DNA of 64,000 nt from Gammaproteobacteria bacterium. GTDB taxonomy: Bacteria > Pseudomonadota > Gammaproteobacteria > Eutrophobiales > Eutrophobiaceae. The number at the start of each line of letters is the position of its first letter. Positions within the stretch are counted from its first letter, which is position 1. Positions 21,032 through 30,035 of this stretch are shown here, piece after piece. The position numbers and the translations under genes were made by a program. The notes under the pieces are model-generated. The model was not told where the DNA came from and did not search any database. It saw nothing but the letters and a program-made list of their open reading frames with translations. The stretch is from contig CBDCDS010000003.1 of the NCBI GenBank assembly GCA_965215365.1, forward strand, positions 2,304,001 through 2,368,000, given 5' to 3'.

Positions 21032-21526
21032 CTACAGGTTGGCCAGGACGTTCTCAGCCGAACTGACCTTGAATTGCATGGGCGCTTCGACATGGAGTTG
21101 AGTGACTACGCCGTCATCCACCACCATGGCGAAACGCTGGCCGCGGGTAGCCATGCCCGAATCGGCAAAGTCCTGTTCCAGCCCCAACGCCGCGGCGTAG
21201 GCACCGTTGCCGTCAGCCAGCATCAACACCTTGTCGCCGGCGCCGACGCGCTGGCCCCAGGCCTCCATTACAAACATATCGTTCACCGCCATGCAGGCGA
21301 TGGTATCCACGCCTTTGGCCTTGATGGCTGCGGCCTGTTCGATGAAGCCAGGCAAGTGCTCTTTATGGCAAGTCGGGGTAAACGCGCCCGGCGTAGAAAA
21401 CACCACGACCTTCTTGCCGCCAAACAATTCATCGGTACTGACCGAACCCGGCCCGTCTGCATTGATGACGTGAAACCGCCCGTCAGGGGCTTTATCTCCA
21501 ACTTGTATTGTCACTTTGACCTCCAC
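21032..21526 (-). CDS. Peroxiredoxin (Prx5 type)
   Basis: PGAFTPTCHKEHLPG, VND.FVMEAWG, LADGNG. Confidence 0.93.
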   Translation of the reverse strand: MEVKVTIQVGDKAPDGRFHVINADGPGSVSTDELFGGKKVVVFSTPGAFTPTCHKEHLPGFIEQAAAIKAKGVDTIACMAVNDMFVMEAWGQRVGAGDKVLMLADGNGAYAAALGLEQDFADSGMATRGQRFAMVVDDGVVTQLHVEAPMQFKVSSAENVLANL

Positions 21527-21598
21527 TCAGGGTTGCTGGTTATTGACGCAGATCATTATAACAGGGAATAATAGCTGGAATCATTCCCGGCGCACAAT

Positions 21599-22591
21599 TT
21601 GACTACCCCATTCACAACAGCAATAGCCCTGCAGCAGGTCCAGGCCCTGGTCAGGGAGGACCTGCAGGCGGTGAATGCACTGGTACAGGAAAAACTGCAT
21701 TCCGAGATCGGGTTGATCGACCAACTCGGCCACTACATCGTCAACAGTGGCGGCAAGCGCCTGCGGCCGGCGCTGGTGTTGCTCAGCGCCCGGTGTTTTG
21801 GTTATCGCGGCAATCTGCATATCCTGCTGGCGGCGGTCATCGAATTTATTCATACCGCCACCTTGCTGCACGATGACGTAGTCGATGCTTCCAAGTTGCG
21901 CCGCGGCAAGGCCAGCGCCAACCAGCGCTGGGGCAACGAAGCCAGCGTGCTGGTGGGTGATGTTCTCTATTCCTGCGCCTTTCGGATGATGGTCGAGGCC
22001 GGCGACATACGCGTCATGGACATCATGGCGGAGGCCACTCAGACCATTGCCGAGGGCGAGGTGTTACAACTCATCAACCGCCATGACCCGGACACTACGC
22101 AACAGCGCTACCTGCATGTCATCCACAATAAAACGGCCAAGCTGTTCGAGGCCGCAGCCCGGGTTGGCACAGTGCTTGCCGACCAGGACCGGGACACCGA
22201 GCAGGCGCTGGCCGATTACGGCCGGCGCCTGGGCGTCGCCTACCAGCTGATTGACGATGTGCTGGATTACGACGCGCCCGGCGCCGCACTGGGGAAAAAT
22301 ATCGGCGACGATCTGGCCGAAGGTAAACCCACCCTGCCGCTGTTATATGCCCTGTGGCAGTCCCCGGCACCACAAGCTGCGCTGCTCAAAAACGCAATCA
22401 CCCAGGGCAGCCTGGAGAACCTGGAGCAAGTACGCGCCGCCATCACGGACACCGGCGCCATTGAGTACACGCGCACGCTGGCGCAACGGGAGGCAGAACA
22501 GGCGCGCCAATCCCTCGCCGACCTGCCCGCCTCAGACTACCTGCAAGCCTTGCACACCCTGACCCACTTTGCGGTGGAGCGGAGCTATTAG
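21599..22591 (+). CDS. ispB: Octaprenyl diphosphate synthase
   Basis: GGKRLRP, EFIHTATLLHDDVVD, QLIDDVLD, GDDLAEGKPTLP. Confidence 0.93.
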   Translation: MTTPFTTAIALQQVQALVREDLQAVNALVQEKLHSEIGLIDQLGHYIVNSGGKRLRPALVLLSARCFGYRGNLHILLAAVIEFIHTATLLHDDVVDASKLRRGKASANQRWGNEASVLVGDVLYSCAFRMMVEAGDIRVMDIMAEATQTIAEGEVLQLINRHDPDTTQQRYLHVIHNKTAKLFEAAARVGTVLADQDRDTEQALADYGRRLGVAYQLIDDVLDYDAPGAALGKNIGDDLAEGKPTLPLLYALWQSPAPQAALLKNAITQGSLENLEQVRAAITDTGAIEYTRTLAQREAEQARQSLADLPASDYLQALHTLTHFAVERSY

Positions 22592-22698
22592 GAAACCTCT
22601 GGTAACCTCTAACAATGCCCTCCGTGGTATTTTTAGAGGTTCCCTTTACATACATTCGGGGTGTGCAGTAACCCGATCATGAGCGTTTAGAGGCGCTC
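22591..22698 (+). repeat. Dispersed repeat family B copy
   Basis: ACCTCTAA.AAT.CCCTCCGTGGTATTTTT and CGGGGTGTGCAG...GATCATGA..GTTTAGAGGC shared with 36604-36710. Confidence 0.8.
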
Positions 22699-22719
22699 TT
22701 CAGTCTGTTTTGACCATAT

Positions 22720-22754
22720 TTGACAAAACCTGAATTAAATTTTAGATTTGTCAG
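22720..22754 (+). promoter_or_regulatory. Sigma70 promoter overlapped by an inverted repeat; predicts a leaderless mRNA
   Basis: TTGACA-17nt-TAGATT, 6 nt before ATG 22755; TGACAAA...TTTGTCA. Confidence 0.6.
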
Positions 22755-23939
22755 ATGTATCAGAACAGACGGCTCATAAAACCGCTTGCTGCGGCATTAT
22801 CTCAATTTCCGGCGGTGTTGATTACCGGCCCGCGGCAATCCGGAAAAACCACCTTTCTCAGAACGGAGCTGGGCTCAGCTTATCAGTACGTTTCCTTTGA
22901 TGCGCCGGTCGAACGGGAATTTGCTCTGCATGATCCGAACGGCTTTCTGGAACAGTTTGCCGACGGACCGGTGATACTGGATGAGATTCAATACCTGCCG
23001 GAACTCCTGCCGTACCTGAAGATACGTATTGATCGGCGGCGGGATGAATACGGCCGCTGGCTGTTGACCGGGTCGCAGCAGTTTTCCCTCATGCAGAACG
23101 TCAGTGAGTCCCTAGCGGGGCGTATCGCCTTGCTGGAACTGCTTCCCTTCAGCCTCACAGAGTTGCAGCCCGGACGCAGCGACCTGCCACATTTTATCTG
23201 GTATGGCGGCTACCCGGAACCGGCCCTGCAAACCGACAAGCGGGAGCTGTGGATGAACTCTTATATCCGGACCTACATCGAGAGGGATATCAGGCTGTTG
23301 CAAAATGTCCGGGATATTCGTGCATTTGAAACCTTCATTGCCTTGTGTGCAGGGCGCCATGGGCAAGTGTTCAACAATGCCGCCATAGCCAGACAGTGCG
23401 GTGTCTCCGAGCCGACGGTAAAATCCTGGGGGAGCTTGTTGCAGGCTTCTTATATCGCCTGGTTCCTGCCGCCTTATTTCCGCAACTACAATAAAAGGAT
23501 AATTCGCTCTCCGAAGTTTTATATTATTGATTCGGGGTTGGTTTGCGCCCTGACCAGACAGCCGGATGCGCACTCCGCCCTAGCCGGTCAAATGGGGGGC
23601 GCGCTATTTGAAGGAATGATTGTTATGGAAGCTGTAAAAGTGTTCATCAATCGGGGGCTGAGACCCGACTTGTATTGCTGGCGCTCCCATGACGGCCTGG
23701 AGGTTGATTTGCTCATCCGCCTGAACGGGCGTTTGCTACCTGTTGAGATCAAGTTGACCGCAACGCCGACCAACGGTTTTTTTAAGCCAATCAACAAATT
23801 CAGGGCCTTGGCCGGTAATGATGCCAGTGATACAGGTGTGCTGGTGTGCCGGACCGAGCAGCCAAGACAAATGCCGAACGGCAACATTGCGCTGCCGTGG
23901 CGCCAATTCCCGACCTGGCTGGACGGTTTGCTCGCTTGA
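22755..23939 (+). CDS. AAA_14 ATPase with DUF4143 / PD-(D/E)XK C-terminus
   Basis: GPRQSGKTT, ILDEIQ, ESLAGR, GGYPE, EVDLL..PVEIK. Confidence 0.9.
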   Translation: MYQNRRLIKPLAAALSQFPAVLITGPRQSGKTTFLRTELGSAYQYVSFDAPVEREFALHDPNGFLEQFADGPVILDEIQYLPELLPYLKIRIDRRRDEYGRWLLTGSQQFSLMQNVSESLAGRIALLELLPFSLTELQPGRSDLPHFIWYGGYPEPALQTDKRELWMNSYIRTYIERDIRLLQNVRDIRAFETFIALCAGRHGQVFNNAAIARQCGVSEPTVKSWGSLLQASYIAWFLPPYFRNYNKRIIRSPKFYIIDSGLVCALTRQPDAHSALAGQMGGALFEGMIVMEAVKVFINRGLRPDLYCWRSHDGLEVDLLIRLNGRLLPVEIKLTATPTNGFFKPINKFRALAGNDASDTGVLVCRTEQPRQMPNGNIALPWRQFPTWLDGLLA

Positions 23940-23975
23940 CACCAGGCCTTGCCACTGCTACGCTTGCGCCGCAAT

Positions 23976-24052
23976 CGGGGTGTAGCTCAGTCTGGTAGAG
24001 CACTGCCTTCGGGAGGCAGGGGCCGGAGGTTCAAATCCTCTCACCCCGACCA
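23976..24052 (+). tRNA. tRNA-Pro (CGG)
   Basis: CGGGGTG...CTGCC-TTCGGGA-GGCAG...GGTTCAAATCC...CACCCCGACCA. Confidence 0.96.
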
Positions 24053-24094
24053 GCATTCAGGCCGGCACTTCGCACAGATGTTTTGCGCTGAGCG

Positions 24095-27000
24095 CTACTT
24101 TGCGCGCAGATGGATTGCCATTATCGCCGGCACCAGCAGCATCAGTATGACCGTGGTAAAGAGGATGCCGAAACCGAGTGATGCGGCAAAGGGAGTCAGA
24201 AACTTGGCGTGAATAGCCCGTTCCAGGATGATCGGCATGAAGCCCAGAAACGTAGTGATAGAGGTCAGGAAGATGGGACGAAAACGCATTTTGGCGCCAT
24301 CGATAATCGCCTCACGCGCTGGCGCGCCCTCGCGTAAACGCTGATTGATAAAGTCGATCATCACCAGGGAATCATTCACCACCACCCCGCTAAGGCCAAT
24401 GAAACCAAAGGCGGACGCGCTGCTGAAGGGTAAACCCAGGATCAGGTGCCCCAGAATCGCCCCCGCCAGACCAAATGGAATAACAGCCATGATGATAAAC
24501 GGCTTACTGTAGGAACGAAGCGGCGCCGCCAGCAAGCAGTAAATCACGAATATGGCGATAATCATGCTGCGATTCAGTGCGTCAAACGACTCTACTTGTT
24601 GTTGTTGTTCACCCCCCAGCCGGTACGTCAGCCCGGGGTTGGCGGCTATGAGTTGCGCCAGGATGGTATCCTCCAAGATTTTATTTGCTTCAGCGCCGGA
24701 AATGATGGATTGATCGACATCCGCAGTCACCGTGATAGCCCGTTGCCGGTCCCGGCGCTTGATCGCCGACGGTGAAATGCCCTGTGTCAGCTCGGCTATC
24801 TGGCTCAAGGGTACCTCAACACCGCCCGGGGTGCGGATCAGGTAGCCTTCGACATCGGTAATGGCCTGGCGCTCGGCCTCGGGCAGGCGCACATAAGCGC
24901 GCACTTCCTCGCGGCCTCTTTGTATGCGTAGCGCCTCGGCGCCAAAAAAAGCGGCGCGTGCCTGATGGGCCACGTCATCAAGACTGAGCCCGAGCGTGCG
25001 CGCCTCCGGCCGCATTTCGATCTGAATCTCCCTGACCCCGGAAGCATTGTCCGAACGCACATCGAAGACACCGCCCATAGCGCGCAGTTCGTCTGCCACG
25101 GAACTGACAATTTGCGTCAAACGCGCAGGGTCGGGGTGCGACAAAATGGCCTCAATAGGGTTGCCCCAATCAACCAGTTCGCTACTGAAGATAAGGTTGC
25201 GCACCTGTGGCAGCAGCCCCACTTCCGCGCGCCATAGCTGCAGGAACTGCTCGCTGGTCACGGTGCGCTGCTGTGCGCTCAGCAATTTGAATTCAACGGT
25301 GGCGATGTTGGCTTCGGGATTCAGCGTCGGCGTCGGCGTCACTCCGCCTCCCATGATACGCGCGCGCTGACCGACCACCACCGTGACACCGTCAAGCAGC
25401 AGCGACGCGTGCTCCGGGCGCGTGCGCTCGAGGCGTTCAATGACCCGCCGCCCGGCTGCTTCCAGAGCGCTCGCCACTTTATATGTTTGCCCGGCGGTCG
25501 TGCCTTCGGGCATCTCCAGGCTGGCCGTTACAAAGTCGCCTGCCACCTCCTCTGCGAACGCGGTCTTAATAATGCCGGCCGGGAACATGGAGACACAGAC
25601 TATGAGTGTACCAATGGCGCCAGCGATAATGATAACAGGCTGCCGAATGGCAAAGCCTAACGCCCGCTCCAATGGCCCCTGCAGGAACCGCTCCAGCCCC
25701 CGGTCAACATGGCCTTGCGTCCAGTGAAAGAAGCGGTCCGGCGCACGGCGGGGAGTCCACTCCGGGCCCGGCAGATGTGACAGATGATTGGGCAGGATTA
25801 ACAACGATTCAACCAGGGAAATCAGCAGCATTGAAATCAGCACGATAGGCACCGGGCGCATGATGTCACCAATCCCGCCGGGCAGGAACAGCAGTGGGGC
25901 AAATGCCACGACCGAGGTCAGCACGGCGAACGTCAACGGCCCCTTGATACGGCGCGCGCCACGGATCGCAGCCACGACACCCGGCGTGCCCTGTTTACGT
26001 TCATGGTGGATATGCTCGGCAACCACGATGGCATCATCGACTACTATGCCGATGGCCAGCACGAACGTGAACAGAGAAATGGAACTGAGTGACAGGTCGA
26101 ACACCAGCATAACGGCCAGGGCGCCAATACCCGACAGGGCCAGTCCCACGGCTACCCACAAGGCCAGCCGAATCTCCAGGAACAGCGTCAGGGCGATGAA
26201 CACCAGTAGCAGACCCAGTAGGCCGTTCTTTACCAGCAGGTTGGCGCGCTCCGAATAAATCAGGGATTCATCATTCCAGACCGTAATCCCGACACCCTCC
26301 GGCAGCGCCGGCTGCACCACCTTGGCGAGGTGCTCGCGCACTGCCTCGGCAACACCTGTCACCGGCTCGCCGTCAGCGCGGTACACCTCAATGAATGCGG
26401 CCGGCCGGTTCTGATGACGGACGATCAGGTCGCTCTTGCTGAAATCGTCGCGCACCCGGGCTATATCACCCAGCCGCACTACCGTACCGTCGCTACGGCT
26501 GAGGATGACGATATCCTCAAAATCCTGCTGGGTGTAACGTTGTCCCAGCGTACGCACGCGTACCTGGGTCGTGTTGGTATCCAGGCTGCCGGCCGACAGG
26601 TCCAGCGAACTTTGACGCACCGTTGCCGCGATATCCTCCAGAGTCAGGCTCAGCGCCCGCAAGCGTTGTAATGGCACTTCGATGGAAATTTCATAGTCGC
26701 GGATGCCGGTCACCTCGACCTCGGATACATCCGGCAGCGTTGTCAGCTTATCCTCGACCTGATAGGCCAACTCCTTGAGTGCGCGCGCCGGGATCTGACC
26801 ATGGATAATCAGGCGGATGATACTCTGGCGGTTGGTCATTTCCCTGATCACGGCGCGTTCGGCGGCGGCCGGGAAGGACTGGATGCGATCCACCGCGGCT
26901 TTGATTTCGTCCAACGCGGCGCCGACATCCGCGCCCGATTTTAATTGCGCCCGGACCGACCCCATGCCCGGGGCGGCTACGGACTTCAGCGTTTTTACGT

Positions 27001-27259
27001 CTTCCAGTCCACCGATATGATCTTCAATTTTGACAACAATGGCCTCCTCCACCTCGTCCGGGGTGGCGCCGGGATACGCCACGGAGACCTCAATATGGTT
27101 AAACGGTATGGTTGGCCACGCCTCTCGCTCCAGGCCCGTCAGCGCCACCAGTCCTGCGGCAATGATAGCAATCATCAACAGGTTGGCGGCAACGCCATTG
27201 CCGGCCATGTAAGCGATGGGGCCGGGGCGCTCGCCGTAGTGACTGTTGCTTTGGCTCAC
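24095..27259 (-). CDS. RND efflux permease (AcrB/AcrD/AcrF family)
   Basis: N.VAANLLM, GIVVDDAIVVAE, GVVVNDSLV, RFRPIFLTS. Confidence 0.95.
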   Translation of the reverse strand: MSQSNSHYGERPGPIAYMAGNGVAANLLMIAIIAAGLVALTGLEREAWPTIPFNHIEVSVAYPGATPDEVEEAIVVKIEDHIGGLEDVKTLKSVAAPGMGSVRAQLKSGADVGAALDEIKAAVDRIQSFPAAAERAVIREMTNRQSIIRLIIHGQIPARALKELAYQVEDKLTTLPDVSEVEVTGIRDYEISIEVPLQRLRALSLTLEDIAATVRQSSLDLSAGSLDTNTTQVRVRTLGQRYTQQDFEDIVILSRSDGTVVRLGDIARVRDDFSKSDLIVRHQNRPAAFIEVYRADGEPVTGVAEAVREHLAKVVQPALPEGVGITVWNDESLIYSERANLLVKNGLLGLLLVFIALTLFLEIRLALWVAVGLALSGIGALAVMLVFDLSLSSISLFTFVLAIGIVVDDAIVVAEHIHHERKQGTPGVVAAIRGARRIKGPLTFAVLTSVVAFAPLLFLPGGIGDIMRPVPIVLISMLLISLVESLLILPNHLSHLPGPEWTPRRAPDRFFHWTQGHVDRGLERFLQGPLERALGFAIRQPVIIIAGAIGTLIVCVSMFPAGIIKTAFAEEVAGDFVTASLEMPEGTTAGQTYKVASALEAAGRRVIERLERTRPEHASLLLDGVTVVVGQRARIMGGGVTPTPTLNPEANIATVEFKLLSAQQRTVTSEQFLQLWRAEVGLLPQVRNLIFSSELVDWGNPIEAILSHPDPARLTQIVSSVADELRAMGGVFDVRSDNASGVREIQIEMRPEARTLGLSLDDVAHQARAAFFGAEALRIQRGREEVRAYVRLPEAERQAITDVEGYLIRTPGGVEVPLSQIAELTQGISPSAIKRRDRQRAITVTADVDQSIISGAEANKILEDTILAQLIAANPGLTYRLGGEQQQQVESFDALNRSMIIAIFVIYCLLAAPLRSYSKPFIIMAVIPFGLAGAILGHLILGLPFSSASAFGFIGLSGVVVNDSLVMIDFINQRLREGAPAREAIIDGAKMRFRPIFLTSITTFLGFMPIILERAIHAKFLTPFAASLGFGILFTTVILMLLVPAIMAIHLRAK

Positions 27260-28461
27260 GGCGTCGGGTCAGCCTCAGTGCGCACCTGCATGCCCTCGGT
27301 GGCAAACTGTATGCCGCCGGTAATCACCGCCTGACCGCCTTCCAGGTTGCCGGTCACATACACTTTATCATCGGCGCGTTGCAGGACCTGAACAGGAATA
27401 ATACTGACCTTGCCGCCGGGCGTTACGAGCCACAGTTCATTGCCTGCTTGCAAGGCTGCGCGCGGCGCCTGGAAAAAGCTCTGCGGCGCCAGACCGGTAA
27501 TCTCCACCTCCACAAACTTGCCAAGCAGCAGGGGCGGGGCAGTAGCGGCGCTCACATCCGCACCGACCGGGATACCGGCGCTGAACGGCGCCGGCACGCG
27601 CACGACCACATCTATGGTGCGCGTCGCCTCGTCCACGGCCGTCTCAGCCCGATCCACATAGCCTTTCCAGACATATTTACCAGCGCCGTAGCGAGCCGCC
27701 ACCAAGGCCGGGACTCTCGCTTCTTCATCACCGGCCTTAAGTTCCCACAAGCCAGGGATCAGAGCCGCATCACTGTCGGACAGGGATACCACCACTTCTG
27801 ACTGCTCCGAACCAAACAATCGACCGACGGTCTGCCCCGCGGTCACGACCTGCCCCACATCTACGGCTTCGGCGCGCACATGGCCGTCGAAAGGCGCCGT
27901 GACCCGAGTTCTGGATAATGCCAATCTGGCGTCGGCAAGCAGCGCTTCGGCGCGTTTTAACCCGGCGCGGGCCGCTTCCAGTTGCGGTTCTCTCAGCGCC
28001 AATGGACTGACGCCAACCTCGCCCTGCCGGCGGCTGGAATAACGTTCATATTCGGCCCGGGCAATCTCTGCCTGTTCCTGCTCTTCCAGCAGGGCCACCC
28101 GGCGCGCGGCGAGATTAGCCTCTGCTTCCTGTAGCCGGTAGAGGTAGTCCGCTTGTTCGATACGGAACAGCGTTTGGCCGCTCTGCACCCGTCCGCCGCT
28201 TTGGAATCCGGCCTCCACCCAAACGATTTTGCCGCCGACTTGTGGCGTGATATCGACTTCAGCGCCGGCCCTGACCGTGCCGGCGCCGTACACCGGTATG
28301 GCGCCGGCGCCGGCAATGACTGTGCCAGTCTGTGCATGAGGAATTTGCGGGGGCGGCTCAACGCGCTCCGGTTCCGGCGCCCTGGACACCAGCAACGAGG
28401 CCACGGCCACGGCCGCAACGATAATGACAATGGCAATCAGAAAACTGAAAAAACGGGACAT
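27256..28461 (-). CDS. RND periplasmic adaptor (membrane fusion protein)
   Basis: N-terminal TM anchor, TRVTAPFDG, lipoyl/hairpin pattern; operon position. Confidence 0.92.
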   Translation of the reverse strand: MSRFFSFLIAIVIIVAAVAVASLLVSRAPEPERVEPPPQIPHAQTGTVIAGAGAIPVYGAGTVRAGAEVDITPQVGGKIVWVEAGFQSGGRVQSGQTLFRIEQADYLYRLQEAEANLAARRVALLEEQEQAEIARAEYERYSSRRQGEVGVSPLALREPQLEAARAGLKRAEALLADARLALSRTRVTAPFDGHVRAEAVDVGQVVTAGQTVGRLFGSEQSEVVVSLSDSDAALIPGLWELKAGDEEARVPALVAARYGAGKYVWKGYVDRAETAVDEATRTIDVVVRVPAPFSAGIPVGADVSAATAPPLLLGKFVEVEITGLAPQSFFQAPRAALQAGNELWLVTPGGKVSIIPVQVLQRADDKVYVTGNLEGGQAVITGGIQFATEGMQVRTEADPTP

Positions 28462-28462
28462 G

Positions 28463-29953
28463 TTATAGCTCCTCCCCGGTCCAGGCGCCGCCCAGTGCGC
28501 GGTGCAACGCCAGACGCGCATAGCCGAGGTCGCGCCGTGCCGCCGCCAGCCCGGATTGCGCGGCCAGCAGCTGTTGTGAAGCACTCAGAAAGGCGTCGTA
28601 CTCACCCACGCCGGAGACGTAACGCTGTTCTTGCAGCGCGGTTTCAGCCTCGACCTCTGCAGCCAGGGAGGCCAGCAGCGCATGACGGCGGCGGCTGGCC
28701 TGCAGCCGCGCCAGCGCGGCCTCCACCTCCTGCACCGCGGTGACCACGCTACGCCCGTAGGCGGCGATGGCCTCATCCAGTCTGGCTTCAGCCAGGGCGA
28801 CATTGCTGCGTAATCTGGAACCCTGCAACACCGGCCCCAGCAGATTGAAACTCAGGTTGCGAAACCATTGGTCCGGGTCGAACCATTCGCCGCCCTCGGT
28901 ACTTTGCAGGCCGATGGAACCATACAGCGACAGGCTTGGCCACAGGTCGGCGCGGCGCGCGCCCACCGTGAAACGAGCTGCTTCCACACGCTGCCGGGCC
29001 GCGCTCACATCGGGACGCTGCACCAGCAGATCAGCCGGGATGCCAACCGGCGCCGGCGCCGGCACAGCGGCCGTCAAGGCCTCGGGCAGCAATGCCTCCA
29101 GCTCGGGCCGGTGACCACCCAGTAACGTCCGCAGGCGTGCCCGGGCCGCCGCCAGCGAGGCGTCGAGCTGTGGTAATTGCGCCTCGAGGTGGCGTAGCTC
29201 ACGGCGCGCGCGGTGGCGCGCCGGCGCATTGATAAGCCCGCGCTCATAACGCAACCCCGCCAGCGCCGCGCGCTGGCGGGACAGCTCCACATTGGCCTCA
29301 GTCAGGCGCCGTTGCCGGCGCAGATCCACAAGCTCCAGGTAGGTGCGCACGGTCTCCGCCAGCACGCCCATGCGGGCGGTCAGGTAATCCGCCTCTTGCG
29401 CCAGCCGCGTGGCCGCGGCCGCACGCGCGTCGCTGCGGTTACGCCCCCAGAAGTCCAGTTCATAAGAAAACTGTGCGCTCAGGGTATAAGTGGTGAGCTG
29501 CAGGCGCTGCGGCAGTTCAATACCGAAATTACTGTAAACATCTTCTCCCAGGCCCACTTCGTCCAGTTGCGCAGCAATACCGGCATTGGTGGGAATATCG
29601 GTGTCGGTAATATCCAGCGCCGGCTGCAGCAACGGAAATGCCGGCGCCTTGACGATACGTTCGCGCGCGCGCGCCTGTTCGACCCGCGCCACCGCCTCGG
29701 CCAGATCAAAGTTGGCAGCCAACGCGGCTTCAATGAGCCGGTCCAGCGCCGGATCGGCAAACGCCTTCCACCAGGTGCGCGGTTGATAGGCGCCGGCAAC
29801 CTTGCTGCCGGCAAACTCCTGCGGCAGGTCAGCCACGGGGGCCGGCGGCGGCGCCATATCCACCAGGCTGGTCTTCATAACACAGCCGCACACAAGCCCG
29901 CCGGCAAAGACGGCCACCGACAATTCAAGCAGTCGTTTCGAGGCGTGTTTCAT
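28463..29953 (-). CDS. Outer-membrane efflux lipoprotein (TolC/NodT family)
   Basis: WWKAFADPALDRLI, YELDFWGR, PADLLVQRPDV, LHRALGGAW. Confidence 0.92.
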   Translation of the reverse strand: MKHASKRLLELSVAVFAGGLVCGCVMKTSLVDMAPPPAPVADLPQEFAGSKVAGAYQPRTWWKAFADPALDRLIEAALAANFDLAEAVARVEQARARERIVKAPAFPLLQPALDITDTDIPTNAGIAAQLDEVGLGEDVYSNFGIELPQRLQLTTYTLSAQFSYELDFWGRNRSDARAAAATRLAQEADYLTARMGVLAETVRTYLELVDLRRQRRLTEANVELSRQRAALAGLRYERGLINAPARHRARRELRHLEAQLPQLDASLAAARARLRTLLGGHRPELEALLPEALTAAVPAPAPVGIPADLLVQRPDVSAARQRVEAARFTVGARRADLWPSLSLYGSIGLQSTEGGEWFDPDQWFRNLSFNLLGPVLQGSRLRSNVALAEARLDEAIAAYGRSVVTAVQEVEAALARLQASRRRHALLASLAAEVEAETALQEQRYVSGVGEYDAFLSASQQLLAAQSGLAAARRDLGYARLALHRALGGAWTGEEL

Positions 29954-30035
29954 GGGACAGAAAAATAAATTATCCCGCCGCAAGCGGACCGGGCAGCGGT
30001 TTATGATTACTTAACAGAGTTGTTACCTGGAGAGG

